Source of the DNA: Tubiluchus corallicola
Taxonomy: Eukaryota > Animalia > Priapulida
Assembly: GCA_030141605.1 (NCBI GenBank)
Contig: JAQGDQ010000467.1
Location: 114,579-178,578, forward strand
Direction of reading: 5' to 3'
DNA: 64,000 nt
Shown: in pieces, positions 50,658 to 63,300 of the stretch
Layout: each line of letters begins with the position of its first letter
How positions within the stretch are numbered: position 1 is the stretch's first letter
The notes under the pieces: generated by a model
What the model was told of the DNA's origin: nothing
The model's database searches: none
Seen by the model: the letters and a program-made list of their open reading frames with translations, nothing else
Made by a program: the position numbers and the translations under genes

Positions 50658-51082
50658 CTATGTAAATGTGCAACTTTTTCTACTGTCATTTTGCAAACTC
50701 TTGACACAGTTTGACAGGCATGCTATATTGTTAAAAGTTTTTATTTGCATATAATTTTCTTGCTAGTTGGTAGCACCACCTGTTGAGTAGGGATGAAAGA
50801 TTTTTTATATTATAGCTTAAACTATTATGTTTTGTATATTCTTAGAAAATACATTTCGTGATTATATATTATACATGGGAATGCCGTGCCCTATAATGAA
50901 AAGCGTAAAATTCTGGAGATATAGCGCTATTATTTTGAAATTTAGGTGTTTAAGCAAAAAAAACAGCTATGATAGATTTATGTTTGTATTTTATTAGTTT
51001 TTGCACCATACTATCATGGTGAATTATTGACATTCATTTTTTATTTGTAATGATACATTATGCAATATTTTTTGCTGTAGAG

Positions 51083-51550
51083 CAGGGATGTGCAAATTAT
51101 CTGACTAGCCGGGCCACATTAAACTTTCCCGCGGTTCCTGCCGGCCACAGGCAGTTTGATCAAGGAGCCAAGTACAGAAAGGCCTAATAACGATTTTTTT
51201 GCATCCGACCTGCGTACATCATTACTACTACACTCAAGAAAGTTTTAGAAGTTACTTTCAGGACAGATAGTGGTAATTTCATTACAATGCATAATAGTAA
51301 TGTGTATCACACAGTCTGTGTAGTACAGTGTTATTAAGCTACAACCATCTTGTAAGGGTTAATGGCATCCGATCTAGTAGAAAGAACTACCCGCACTATC
51401 TTTGGGATCGCGGCACAGACTTCAGCTGGATACACTCAATTAATCGCCCGGGCCGCACTTTCATTAGGTTGACAAATCTCTTCGCGGGGCCGCACAAATT
51501 CTCTCGGCGGGCCACACGTGGCCCCGGGGACCGCAATTTGCACACCCCTG
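51083..51550 (+). mobile_element. hAT-like MITE family A
   Basis: CAGGGATGTGCAAATT...AATTTGCACACCCCTG; perfect 8-bp TSD CTGTAGAG. Confidence 0.92.
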
Positions 51551-51699
51551 CTGTAGAGCACTTACGTTCCTCTTGTTTGTTAAACTCTTGAATAAGCAGC
51601 TTTTGCAAAATACGATTTGTTTTTAGAACATTCATAAGCACTTATTTCATAAATTTATTAATGCCATTTGTCATTTCATTTGATTCAACGGCAGAGTAT

Positions 51700-53056
51700 T
51701 AGGGGTGCACCAGATCCGGACGACCGCTGGCTGGATATCTGAATTCATTCCAGATCTGGTAAAAATTTGGGCAGATACAAAAATTCTAAATTTAGTGCAT
51801 TTTGCTTATCTTAGTCAATAATTGTACTTACCACACTTGTTATCCGTGATCCTTATAATTATCGTTGGCCATGACGTAACATCTTTTTTACTTTATAAAC
51901 AGAAACAGTTTTAATTAAATACTGAACTATAGTGCCAAAAAAGCCAAATTTACGAATGTTATCATCATCTCTGTAGTCACACGTCCAAATGTACATGACC
52001 CTTGGTATCACTTCACTCCTCCCTGTCACCCGGAACTTCCCGCGTCCTTGTATTTTTGATATCTAATGGTGTGTTGATCACATCTTTCTGGATGAAATTG
52101 GTGTAAGTTGATGTAATTTATGAACGTGACACATGGTGACTAGATTTACATTGCGTGAAACCTTTGCCTGCACTTTGCATGTGGACCAAGGGACACTACC
52201 CTGAGCAGGTTATGCACACTGAAACAGACTTCACTTGAATGAGTATTGAAGTAAATTATTTGAATTTGTTTTTGTTTAGCTATTGGTAAATTTGTTTAGA
52301 GGGAAAAAAACCAGTCACTCAGTATTTTGTGTTTATTTTACTGTTATCACTTAAACTTAGAAAAATAGAACAAAGAAATTTGCAAAGAATTTCCTATAAA
52401 ACGTTAATTTTAAATATACTTCCTCTGAATCGAAATTTCCTGGTGTGGTGGTTGCCACCATTCACTTGAAAATCATGAAAAACTGGGAGACTTCATGACT
52501 TTTCGTAAGCGCATTGTGGCTTTCCGTAAGCGCACGCTGCTTCTAATTTAAATTTCTGCAGCTTACATAATGTTCATGCACAAATATCACAAAATATAAT
52601 TTTTTTGTAAGAACTTGCCGTACTTTTGATGATAATTGACAGAGTGTTACTTTTTTTCAAAACGAATGACGTCATTGGAAAGAAAAAGGGCTTTCAACAT
52701 GGGAGCATCAAAGTATGAAATGATCGCGACTTTAAAGTGATTTTACTAGTTATACGAGGCGCTTATTGCAGTTACTAAATCCTTCTAACACTTTTCGCGA
52801 ACATTTAAATGAGCCAAACCGCCTAGAAGGCTTGGCCTATCCTAAGTCCTATGTTGTTAAACACTCCCTCAAGCAGCATAGTACCTTTTTGTATTAGAAA
52901 TTCAAACATTTTCAAGGTTTTACGCATGTCATGCTCTGTCATTATTGCAGCCAAATCAGATAATTCATCGGCATTTTCTAGATTTGTAATAAATACGATC
53001 TATATATTGATCCAGAGAATCAGATCCGTTTCCAGTCCGGATCCGGCGCACATCTA
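51700..53056. mobile_element. Old hAT-like non-autonomous element
   Basis: TAGGGGTGCACCAGATCCGG...CCGGATCCGGCGCACATCTA; TSD CAGAGTAT/CAAATTAT (6 of 8). Confidence 0.55.
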
Positions 53057-53972
53057 CAAATTATAAAACATTTTATACACAACTAGTGCGTGTCTTACTG
53101 GGTACCGTGCCATATTTTTTTATTTTTTGACAGTTTCATGTTTATTGTGGTTTTGCTTAAACTGAGCTTGTTTAAAAACTATGTTAATGCATAAATCTTA
53201 CAGTTTTATGTCGAAACAAAAACTTGACCTTCAAAGTACCATATGTCCACCAAAAACTTGACCTTCAAAGTACCACATACTGTACCAAATTGTAATGTAA
53301 GTAAGAAAATTGTGAACTATTGTACTTTGTTATAATAAATATCTGTGAGTTTTCTAAATTTATTTGAAAGAAGTTAATTTTCCTTTAATGACATTCCAAG
53401 AACAGGTAACCTATAGACAATAATTATAATCGCTAATAATTGTGTGTGATTATGTAATCTATAATAGTAAATCTGCGGCTAATAGCATTTTGTGATAGAA
53501 CCACTGTAGAAATGACAAAATTGCATTAAAACGTTTTGTCTGTTGTCTGCGATTATTGATTTTGTATTTACTATCTTGTATAATAAAAATACTGTTTATT
53601 AATCATCTGATTAGTTGGAATCGATGTTTTGTTTTGAACAATGGCAGCTGTTGCAGGTTTAGTTGTAGGTATGTACTAATTTCCTTTACAGCATAGAAAA
53701 AGCGACAGGTTTACTTTGCTGACTTTGAATTGACGATGCACTTACTTTGCTGACTTTGAACTGACGATGAACTTACTTTGAATTGACGATGCACTTAAGA
53801 ACTAAATTGAATTTTTATTTACCAGAAATGATACCACTGCAGTAGGATATCATTTTTTTGCTTTGCTGTACAGAGTAGCCATTTTTGTACTATAAAAGCA
53901 AGCTAATGTACATCATGGACTATTTCAAACTACATTTGTACAAACTTACAGAAAAACAGTTTAGGTTCCCAA

Positions 53973-56900
53973 GCTTACCCTTACCTTAGACCTTAGTCCT
54001 TCCTGCGCATTGATGCACATTGGGCAGACAGCATTTTCCACTGAGTTCTATCGGCGGCTTCGTTCTCTACGTTTTCCCAACGTATGTTGACAGCTCGAAG
54101 GTCTTCTTTGAAGGATCTGCGCCACGTTGTTTTTGGCCCTCTTTTTCGTTTCCCACCAGGTGGTTCCCACTGTACTGCTGTTTTGGCGTAACGACTTTCT
54201 GATAGACGGAGAATATGTCCAGCCAGTTTCATTCTTCTCTCTGTACCTATATCTTGTAACCGCAATGACTGCGCTCGTTGAAGAACTTCTACATTGGTGA
54301 CATGGTCGCGGTAGGAGATTTTTAGTATCTTTCGAAGGCATTTTTGGTGGAAGACGTTCAGTTTCTTTGATAACTCCGCTGTGACTTTCCAGGTTTCGCT
54401 GGCAGAGAGAGCCGTTGGCAGCACAATGGCGTTGTACAGACGAAGTTTGATTTTCATGTCAATTTTCTTGCTTGTCCAGATTTTTCCCATCTTCCTAAAT
54501 ACTGCTGTTGCTTTGCCGATTCTCCCCCTGATGTCATTTTCTGTACCTCCATTACAGGTCATCATACTGCCCAGATATGAAAAACTGGTAACGTTCTTAA
54601 TCATTTGGCCTCCCACTGTTATATGTACATCATTCTGTTGGTTTGTCCACACTTTCAAAACTTTGGTCTTTTCTTGACTAATTCTCAATCCAATTTTTCC
54701 CGCTACTTCTTCCATACTTGTGGTCAGTTGTTGCAGGCTTTCTTTTGATGTTTCCAGAAGAGCTATATCGTCAGCAAAGTCCAGATCTGCCAATCGTTGT
54801 TGTTGTTTCCATTGCATTCCTAGATCTTTACCATCAACAGCCTTGTTCATGATGAAATCAATCGTCAGTAGGAATAGGAATGGCGACATAATGCAACCCT
54901 GCTTAACTCCAGTTTCGATGGTGAAATACTCGGTGTTTCCCTCTTGTGTTCTTATACAACAGCCGCTGTTTTGGTAAAAGTTCTGGATGGTTGAAATGCA
55001 TTTCTGTGGGATACCATACAGAGAAGCAATTTTCCATAGAGACTGCCTGTGAACAGAGTCAAAAGCCTTCTTGAAATCAATAAAATTGATTAATAAGGAC
55101 TGTTGGAATTCCATACATTGCTCAATGATGTTTCTGAGAGTGAATATCTGTTCACAGCATGATCTTCCTTTTCTAAATCCAGCTTGTTGTTCTCTTAGTC
55201 TTATATCAACAGCATCTCTCAACCGATCTAGCAGCACTATACTCAGGACTTTTCCAGGTATTGACATCAGAGTTATTCCTCTCCAATTATTGCAATCTGT
55301 CAGGTTCCCTTTTTTAGGCAACTTCACGATGACTCCATTTCTCCAATCTTCGGGGACCTTTTGTTGTTCCCAGCAGCTGTTCAGGAGCTGTGTCATTGAT
55401 CGTGTTATCCCTTTATTACCGTGTTTCAGGAGCTCAGCTGTTATTTGGTCCTCTCCAGCTGCTTTGTTGTTCTTTAGTTTTTTGATGGCAGTTTCGACTT
55501 CCAGTTCACTGATGTTGTCCAATCTTACATCTAGCTGTTGTTGTCCAATTTCATTCTCAAAATTGACTAATGTTGTTGGGTTTGGCTGGTTGAGAACTTC
55601 CTTGAAGTGTTCCACCCATCGTGCGTTTTGCTGTTCTGTTGTTGTGAGAGTCACACCACTTTTGTCCTTGATTGGCACAGCTGGGGTGCCTCCTGTTCCC
55701 GTTAGATCTTTAACAATTCTGTAGAGAGTCTTGGTATCATTATGGCTGGCTGCTAACTGTGCTTCTTCAACCTTCTTTTCAAACCATTCGTTCTTGTCCC
55801 TCCTGCAACGTCTTTTTACTGCTCTATCTGCCAGTTGGTACTGCTCATTGGCTTGACTCCTGCTTTCTGGTGTTTTTGCTTGGTCTCTCATTTGCTTAGT
55901 CTTCTTTCTTTCATCAATTAATTCCCAAGTTTTTTCTTGTATCCACATTTCTTTTCTGTTACCCCTTCTTCTGCCGATCTGTTCATCTGCAACTGCTGTT
56001 ACTGCTTCTTTGAATATTTTCCACTGTTCTTCAATATCGTTGGCTTGTAGTAGTGGTTCAAATTTGTTGCTAAGTGCAAGTTCAAAACTCCTTGCTTTTT
56101 GTTGGTCTTTCAGGTTTTCAACCGCAAAAGGTCTAGTGATTTTTGGCTTTTGTATCTTTTTCAGTTTGAGCTGCACTTTTCCTTGAACTAGGTGGTGGTC
56201 AGAGCCCACATCAGCTCCACGACACACTTTCACATCTTTCAGTGCTGATCTCCATCTCTTGCTGATACAGATGTAGTCGATTTCGTTCTGTGTATTTCCA
56301 TCTGGTGACCTCCATGTCTTTTTGTGGATGGTTTTGTGGGCAAAATAAGTATTTCCAATACACAGTCCATTTAAATTGCACAACATCAGGAGCCGTTCAC
56401 CATTGTTGTTTGTTTCTTGAGCTGATCCATGTGGCCCGATTACATGCTCCAATCCGTGTCTGTTGTTGTCAATCTTTGCATTCATATCACCCATGAGGAG
56501 AATGATGTCATGGCTGGGGATGTCATTCAGCACATCTTGACATTGTTGGTAGAAATCGTCCTTATCTTGTTCATCTGTATCTTCGGTTGGTGCGTAAATG
56601 CAAACAATAGTTGTTTTCGCATGCCTTGACTGCATTCGGGCAGTTATTATCCTCTCACTGACTGGGTTCCATCCTATTAGTGTCTTTGCTGCCTCTTTGT
56701 TCAGCATCAGACCAACACCTCTCTGGTGATCCTCCTCTGGTCCTGAATACAGAAAGGTTGTTTCTCCACTCTTGATGTTTCCGCTTCCTGTCCATCTCAC
56801 TTCCGTTATGCCTAAGATACTGAGTTGATAGTTGTTGAATTCCCGGATAACTTGGGCCATTTTTCCTGTTTGGAACATTGTTCTTACATTCCAGGTGCCA

Positions 56901-57131
56901 ATTTTTGTCACCTTTGTGGCACTCAGTATAGAGTTCTTCATCGGATGCTGGGCTTCCTCTCGGCTTTGACCTAGCATCGTCATAACATGGGTCGAACTTT
57001 CTGCTTTGTGTCAGTAGATTTGTTTCTGTCTGTTTCTGTAGCAATTGAGAACTTTTACAGGATAGGGGTGCTAACCCTAAGCCCAACCCTCCTCCTCTCT
57101 CAACAGGGCTTGGGACCGGCTATGGCGGGTT
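53973..57131 (-). mobile_element. Near full-length RTE-clade non-LTR retrotransposon
   Basis: RTE-type leader CCGGTCCCAAGCCC...GGAGGAGGGTTGGGC; single APE+RT ORF; short (TAAGG)-like tail right after the stop. Confidence 0.92.
53993..56983 (-). CDS. RTE LINE ORF: AP endonuclease plus reverse transcriptase (996 aa)
   Basis: APE motifs IGTWNVRT, ILGITEVRW, YAPT, MGDMNA, NEIDY, GSDH; RT motifs NWRGITL, QAGFRKGRSC, FIDFKKAFDSV, GVKQGCIMSPFLF, LDFADD, FSYLGS. Confidence 0.97.
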   Translation of the reverse strand: MTMLGQSREEAQHPMKNSILSATKVTKIGTWNVRTMFQTGKMAQVIREFNNYQLSILGITEVRWTGSGNIKSGETTFLYSGPEEDHQRGVGLMLNKEAAKTLIGWNPVSERIITARMQSRHAKTTIVCIYAPTEDTDEQDKDDFYQQCQDVLNDIPSHDIILLMGDMNAKIDNNRHGLEHVIGPHGSAQETNNNGERLLMLCNLNGLCIGNTYFAHKTIHKKTWRSPDGNTQNEIDYICISKRWRSALKDVKVCRGADVGSDHHLVQGKVQLKLKKIQKPKITRPFAVENLKDQQKARSFELALSNKFEPLLQANDIEEQWKIFKEAVTAVADEQIGRRRGNRKEMWIQEKTWELIDERKKTKQMRDQAKTPESRSQANEQYQLADRAVKRRCRRDKNEWFEKKVEEAQLAASHNDTKTLYRIVKDLTGTGGTPAVPIKDKSGVTLTTTEQQNARWVEHFKEVLNQPNPTTLVNFENEIGQQQLDVRLDNISELEVETAIKKLKNNKAAGEDQITAELLKHGNKGITRSMTQLLNSCWEQQKVPEDWRNGVIVKLPKKGNLTDCNNWRGITLMSIPGKVLSIVLLDRLRDAVDIRLREQQAGFRKGRSCCEQIFTLRNIIEQCMEFQQSLLINFIDFKKAFDSVHRQSLWKIASLYGIPQKCISTIQNFYQNSGCCIRTQEGNTEYFTIETGVKQGCIMSPFLFLLTIDFIMNKAVDGKDLGMQWKQQQRLADLDFADDIALLETSKESLQQLTTSMEEVAGKIGLRISQEKTKVLKVWTNQQNDVHITVGGQMIKNVTSFSYLGSMMTCNGGTENDIRGRIGKATAVFRKMGKIWTSKKIDMKIKLRLYNAIVLPTALSASETWKVTAELSKKLNVFHQKCLRKILKISYRDHVTNVEVLQRAQSLRLQDIGTERRMKLAGHILRLSESRYAKTAVQWEPPGGKRKRGPKTTWRRSFKEDLRAVNIRWENVENEAADRTQWKMLSAQCASMRRKD

Positions 57132-57267
57132 TATTGTATTACAATAATTTTATTGTATTACAATAATATAGTTTTATTCTATATTACTGTATAATGTTTA
57201 ATGAGTTGTGAAGGAGATTTCACTGTATTTACCAATATTTGCAGTAAGTGAGAGCAGCAGCTCGTAC

Positions 57268-57570
57268 TAGGGGTGAGTGTTGAGAGTTCGAGTTCGAATT
57301 AACTTAACAATACAGATTCGAATAATCTGTTTTTTTATCTTTAATATAATTGAAATATTGCAACCAGGATATTTTAGGTGTGAATTCTGCGCACACTTTT
57401 AAAACAACTTATTAGTGTTTTACTGAAGAATAAAGTTAGGTAACGTACCTGACCTTAGTGAGACTACTTTTTAGTAATGATTCGAAAATTTTTAAAACTG
57501 AATGCGGTTTCGAAATCTCAGTTTAATTCGAGCTCGAAAATTACAAATTCGATTCGATACGAATTCGCTT
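57268..57570. mobile_element. Diverged MITE family C copy, right end lost next to a MITE B insertion
   Basis: TAGGGGTGAG start with TTCGAA motifs in the same order as 27481-27912. Confidence 0.6.
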
Positions 57571-57583
57571 CTGTTACCATTAA

Positions 57584-58055
57584 CCCTTTCATATACCTAT
57601 TGTATCCCATGGGATACGTGAATATTTTCTACCTTTAAAATTAATAAAATTTTAAAACTGACAGTTATTTGATCTGTTAATAGTTATTTTGATTTAAGCC
57701 AATAACAAGAGACTTAAAATGGTGATAAAATGGCAAACTAGAAAATCTACATAGCATAAAAAACTGCGCTGTACAGTTATACGACTTTGTACAGTAGAGA
57801 CGACTTTGTACAGATCAGCATAGCATGCGTACTAAATGTCTTAAATACTTTAAAAAATTATCAGCAGTTGCAAAACGAAGCACATTTTATGCTTCCATTG
57901 AATCCCAATGTATCCCGTGGGATACAGGCTACATTTAGCACGCGGGCACAGGTAGAAAAAAATAATTATTATGTGTAAACAAGATGGACACACTGAACAA
58001 AAGTACCAAGCCAAAAAAAATTTTCTTATTAAAAAATAATTTTGGACTGAAAAGG
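57584..58055 (+). mobile_element. piggyBac-like MITE family B
   Basis: TTAA-CCCTTTCA...TGAAAAGG-TTAA. Confidence 0.9.
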
Positions 58056-58225
58056 TTAAAAGAAAGGGATCGTGCGCAGTGCGGAATTGTACTTTAGTAG
58101 AGCACGATACAAAAAAAAGACGAAGGCGGTTCGCGGATTTGCTTAGAAACGAAAACGCGTGCTATCGTGCAAAAATTAGCAAATTTAGCGGTGAATGACC
58201 CGTTTTTCTGTTTCGAATAATTGAT

Positions 58226-61200
58226 ATGGAACGCAGTAAAAACCAAGAAACTTTTTCGAAGTTGGAAGATTCGGATTCAGATCCCGATCTGGAAGAGCCG
58301 AAAGAAGAAACTGTTGATCCGTTTAAGCATTTGGATCAGGTCAGATATAATTAAATTAGCAAGTAATTTACCGTAATTAAAAATTACTAACTTTATTATG
58401 TCTAACTCATTTATTGAATTAATAATTTGACAATAGAAAAACTGACGTATCAAGATGTCAAGTAAATGATATGAAAAGTAATATTTTGTTAACGATATCA
58501 CATCTGTAACTTGAAACAAGTAATAATGAACTCTGTACTAGACTGTAAGCTGTTAGTTGACGGCTTTTCGTATGCAATTATGATAACATTGTGTCAGATT
58601 TAAGTATTATGCTAGTGGTGTACGTTTATCAAGTTTTGCAATAATTATAGTGTTGCTTATCATGGTTTTAGTTTACTCATTCATTCTTGAATTACACTTG
58701 CTTTTATAAATGCATGCAGTCGTACACTTAGTACTATATATACACACATAAAATTATAATTTGTAGATAGATACCAAGACATGTATTCAAGAAAAGAACA
58801 TTGTCTTATAACCAGGGTGCATAAGATTATGGATATGTAAAATAGCTATTTTATGGATTTTTGAAATTTTATTTTATGGATATCAATAAAGACTATATCT
58901 GGAATGAGATGCCCAGGGGGAAAACAGGAGTGCTTGAAACGTGTTTTTAAACACCCAGGACTTAGTTTTAATTTTATCGGTTTCATATCACTTCAAATTT
59001 AATCAAATTTTACGAGACAATGCCTTGTAATTCGTCACTTCAGTTCAAATAATTCATCTATTTGGTACGAATGTAGAATGCCCTCTAGGCTGAAGTTTCC
59101 GATCCAATGCCTGTATTCAGTTTTGATTGCCTTATTTTGTACAAAAAATCACAAAAAAATATTTTTTTATTTTATGCATTTCTTATTTTATGGATTTTTC
59201 AAATTTTATTTTATGGATTTTTGGTCTTACTTTATGGATATCCATAATCTTATGCAGCCTGCTTATAACTGATGGTTATAAAATTATCTTTATAGGCACT
59301 GGTACAAAATTAGTCATGAAGAAAGCAGAGGAGAGAAAGGATGGGAATTAAGGGAAGGGAAAGAGTGGAAAGGGTGTACATAGCATGGAAGAGATGGGGA
59401 GGGGAATGAAGAGAGAAGAGAAAACAGAAGGGAAGATGAATATTAATTTTTATTAAGCATAGCTGCTCTATTTACAGTACTTCCAAAATGCGATTTTCAA
59501 ACCATTGTGATTTTGAAACGAAATAAAAATATCAACAAGTTACGACAGGTCAAGTTAAGTTAGACGTGTGGCTGAGACAAAATTTTGTTTGCTGAGTCCC
59601 GTCCTAAATACCTAAATGCACGCAACTTGCATCTTAAGTCATCTACTTGACTTCGACTTAACTTTCTTAGTCGTGGTCATGACTAGGGGGGGGGGGACTA
59701 GGCAAATAAGGAGATAAGACCGCTTAAAGAATTAGAGGCAAACATTAGAGGCGCTCCTAAACTCCGCTTAAGACAACGAAATTGTGTTAAGTGCAGTACA
59801 TGAGTCTGGCTTCAGGAATGCAGTAGATACATCCAGGGTAGAGCAATCATTTTCCGTGCTTGTATTTTTCCTAATGCACTGAAATCTAAAGTACTTGTAC
59901 TACATTTAAACTCCAGAACATCAAATATGTTTAATATGCAGCAATTGTCGTTTTATCTGTAATAATAAATTACAGCAATAAGTTTTCAACGAAAAACATC
60001 AGTAAAAGGTAAATTACTAAATTAGGTAACATGATTTTCGTCTACAATTATGCAAAAAAATAACAGCGAAATTGTTTTGATAGCATAAAGCAGTTCAATA
60101 AACATAACTAGACACTTACATGTGGTCTCCCTGAGTTTTGGCACTTATAACTTGCAAAAAAAACAATAGAAATCAACTACAACATTCACATCGTATCAAT
60201 TGAATTGTATGTCAGGTAATGTCTACCTGGCCAACTACCTGGTCACATGACTGATGACAATTAAAGGGGCAAGACCAAATTTAACAGGTAGGGAAACGTG
60301 TATGTGCATAACAGTACTATCAAAGCATGCATCACGTTTGAAACACTATTTCTTAATATTGTGTGCTGGCCAGTTAATCTGCATAACAAATGGCTTTGTC
60401 ATTTTTCAGCTAGTACAAGAGGAAAAAATGAGTGCTCCTAAAGCTGCTGAACTCAAAAACAAGTTCAAGAAGAACTATGACTTGTTGAAACAGTTAGTTC
60501 ATTTCTTTTTACTTTTTTGTCATTTTTTAGTTGTTAGCAAAATTTGTATCTGATAGAACTAGTACACATGCTTTGTCAATGAAACCAAAACTTTACGTCA
60601 GGGGTGTGAAAATTATCTGACTAGCCGGGCCACATTAAACTTTCCCGTAATTCCTGCGGGCCACAGGCAGTTTGATCAAGGAACCAAGTACAGAAAGGCC
60701 TAATAATGATTTTTTTGCATCCGACCTGCGTACATCATTACTACTACACTCAAGAAACTATTTTAGAAGTTATTAAAATTTATATTACAAACCATATATT
60801 TTTACTTTTAGGACAGATAGTGGTAATTTCACTACAATGCATATTAGTAATGTGTATCGCACAGTCTGTGTAGTACAGTGTTATTAAGCTACAACCGTCT
60901 TGTAAGGGTTAATGGCATCCGATCTAGTAGAAAAAACTAACTGCACTATCTTTGGGATCGTGGCACGGACTTCAGCTGGATACACTCAATTAATCGCCCG
61001 GGCCGCACTTTCATTAGGTTGGCAAATCTCTTCGCGGGCCGCACACGGGCCGCACAAATTCTCTCGGCGGGCCGCAAGTGGCCTGTGGGCCACAATTTGC
61101 ACACCCCTGCTTTACATGTTTCGTCAATGAAGTTGTAACCTTTAAAACTTTGTTCAGTGAAATGTTGAAGCCATAACTTTACTTTGTCAATGAAGCCTTA

Positions 61201-63300
61201 ACTTTTTGCAAGCTTTGTCAATAGAATGATAACTTTACAACTTTGTCAGTGAAGCTATAACCTTACAATCATTTCAATAAAGCCACAACTTTACAATCAT
61301 TTCAGTAAAGCCAACAATTTTACATGCTTTGTTGATACATAGTTATCAGTTCTTAAATAGTGAATTTTTGGTAAGTTTTAGGTAATCGTTTAGCTGAAAA
61401 GTATGGGGACTTTTAACACTAGTGTCCACTTGAAATATCTACTCGTACCTTATATATATCCGAATTCAAAGGAAGGGTTTGTGCAGTTTAGATTGTGGCA
61501 AGACCAATATCTAGTTGACAAACAAGGCAATGTTGTAAGTCAAAGATGAAGTCGGCAGAAGTGTTTCTACATATTCAGATGATGTTCATTCTTCCACAAC
61601 CAGATAAACAGACAGAATCAGTGTAGTGAATGAAGCTGCTGTATCTGAGTATTGAACATAGCAGTCACCTACTCATACACTCACTAACTTGGCAAATGAT
61701 TTGGTTTAACATCAATCCACATAAGATAACCAATTGACTACTGGTCTTGCCACACACACTTGTCTGCATGTAAGTGTATAACTATAAACTTAACGAAATT
61801 TACCGGGATGCTTTAGCTGTTTTAAGAAATGGAATTTATGATGAACAATTCTAGCAGCTTCTTTCAAAATGCAATGCTACAGCTTGTGAAAAAAATGCTA
61901 TAGCTGTGTCTTATTCTACTATCATTGTGTTGTACCATTTTATGGGTATCTGTGTTTTACTCGCAAATTCAGTTGTGATAATAATTATCCAGAAAAATCA
62001 AAGTCTGCACAAAATTCCCTATTTTTACATAGGAAATGTGGCGGTGGCAGACAACATAGCTGGAGTAAGCTTGGTGTGATACACTTACATGCAGACAAAT
62101 GTGTGTGGAAAGACCAATAGTCAAATGGTTATCTTATGTGGATTGACGTTAAGCCAAATCATTTGTCAAGTTAGTGAGTGTATGAGTAGGTGACTGCTAT
62201 GTTCAATACTCAGATACAACAGCTTCATTCACTACACGGATTCTGTCTGTTTATCTGGTTGTGGAAGAATGAATATCATCTGAATATGTAGAAACACTTC
62301 TGTCGACTTCATCTTTGACTTACAACATTGGTTTGTTTGTCAACTAGATTTTGGTCTTGCCATAATCTAAACTGCACAAACCTTTCTCTTGAATGCAGAT
62401 TCCGGCCTTGGGGGGGGGGGGTGTTTTCAATTCCCCACAAAATTTGATACCGTAACTGTTAGTGTCTCTGAGAGGCATTTATAACAACTTCAAAAGTCTC
62501 AGTTGAATTTTGATGTAAACCACTCATCTTTATTTCTGCAATATTTAAAAATTAAAATAGAAAGGCAAAGGTGACTGACATTGGCTAATTTAGTTAGATT
62601 GTTACATAGTTTAGTTAGATTGACAGTTATTCATAAATATCAGTGAATAAATCAAAATAAAAATTACCGGTAATAGAAGTAAACTTACATCATTGCGGTA
62701 TATCTCTACTGAAAAATTTCGCTAGCTTGTTAAAGACACATGTTCACTCTTACAACAGAACATCTTAATGAAAAACGTAACTAGGTCAATGCCCACACTT
62801 TAAACTTTCTAGCTAGATGGAGCCACCTTGGCTACAAATTAAAGTTTATTAACTCAGGTTCACACTGGCCTTAATAATAACCATGACCCTAACCCCAACC
62901 CTAACGCAGCCTTAACCCCTATCTTAATGCTAACCCCAATCCTAATCCTAATCCTATGTCCAATCCTGATATGTTTAACAAACTAATTTTTTGTATGCAG
63001 GGAGTTGTAAATATTAGTCCTGGCTTGTTGGGAGTCAAAATATGTAAAAAATACTTTCTGTTTTTGTTGATTTTCTATGTTTTTTAGTTTGAAAGAGTCA
63101 GAAAATAGATGCTTCAACTTGGCAAAAATGCTCACTCAGAAGATCATGAAGCAGAAAATGAATCTTGCAACACTCGAGACGGCTACTCCCGAGGCGCACA
63201 ACACAGAGACGGAACGGCTTCGTCAGCAGCTAACCTTGGCCAAGAATGAATACGACCAAACTGAAGAACGACTGAATAAGCTACAGTATGTGATAGCCGC
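58226..63300 (+). CDS. CCDC146: CCDC146-like coiled-coil protein, exons 1-3 (continues beyond the window)
   Basis: Exons 58226-58339, 60410-60492, 63088-63300 splice in frame to MERSKNQETF...DPFKHLDQLVQEEKMSAPKAAELKNKF...LKESENRCFNLAKMLTQKI...PEAHNTETERLRQQLTLAKNEYDQTEERL, which resembles the CCDC146 N-terminus as I recall it (not searched). Confidence 0.7.
58813..59261. mobile_element. hAT-like MITE
   Basis: TIR CAGGGTGCATAAGATTATGGATAT/ATATCCATAATCTTATGCAGCCTG; perfect 8-bp TSD CTTATAAC. Confidence 0.9.
60599..61109 (+). mobile_element. hAT-like MITE family A, inserted in a degenerate ~28-bp minisatellite
   Basis: CAGGGGTGTGAAAATT...AATTTGCACACCCCTG; TSD CTTTACGT/CTTTACAT; CTTTGTCAATGAA-like units on both sides. 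Confidence 0.9.
61459..62400. repeat. Long inverted repeat (about 320-bp arms, about 300-bp spacer)
   Basis: 61459-61779 is the reverse complement of 62080-62400 with scattered mismatches. Confidence 0.92.

Noticed and set aside
54020-57086. Small ORFs overlapping the RTE ORF, including 56655-57086 as an ORF1
   Set aside because: Antisense or off-frame shadows with no recognisable motifs; RTE elements typically have a single ORF.
62885-62968. Interstitial telomere or chromosome fusion site
   Set aside because: Short, highly degenerate CCCTAA-like run with no head-to-head partner.
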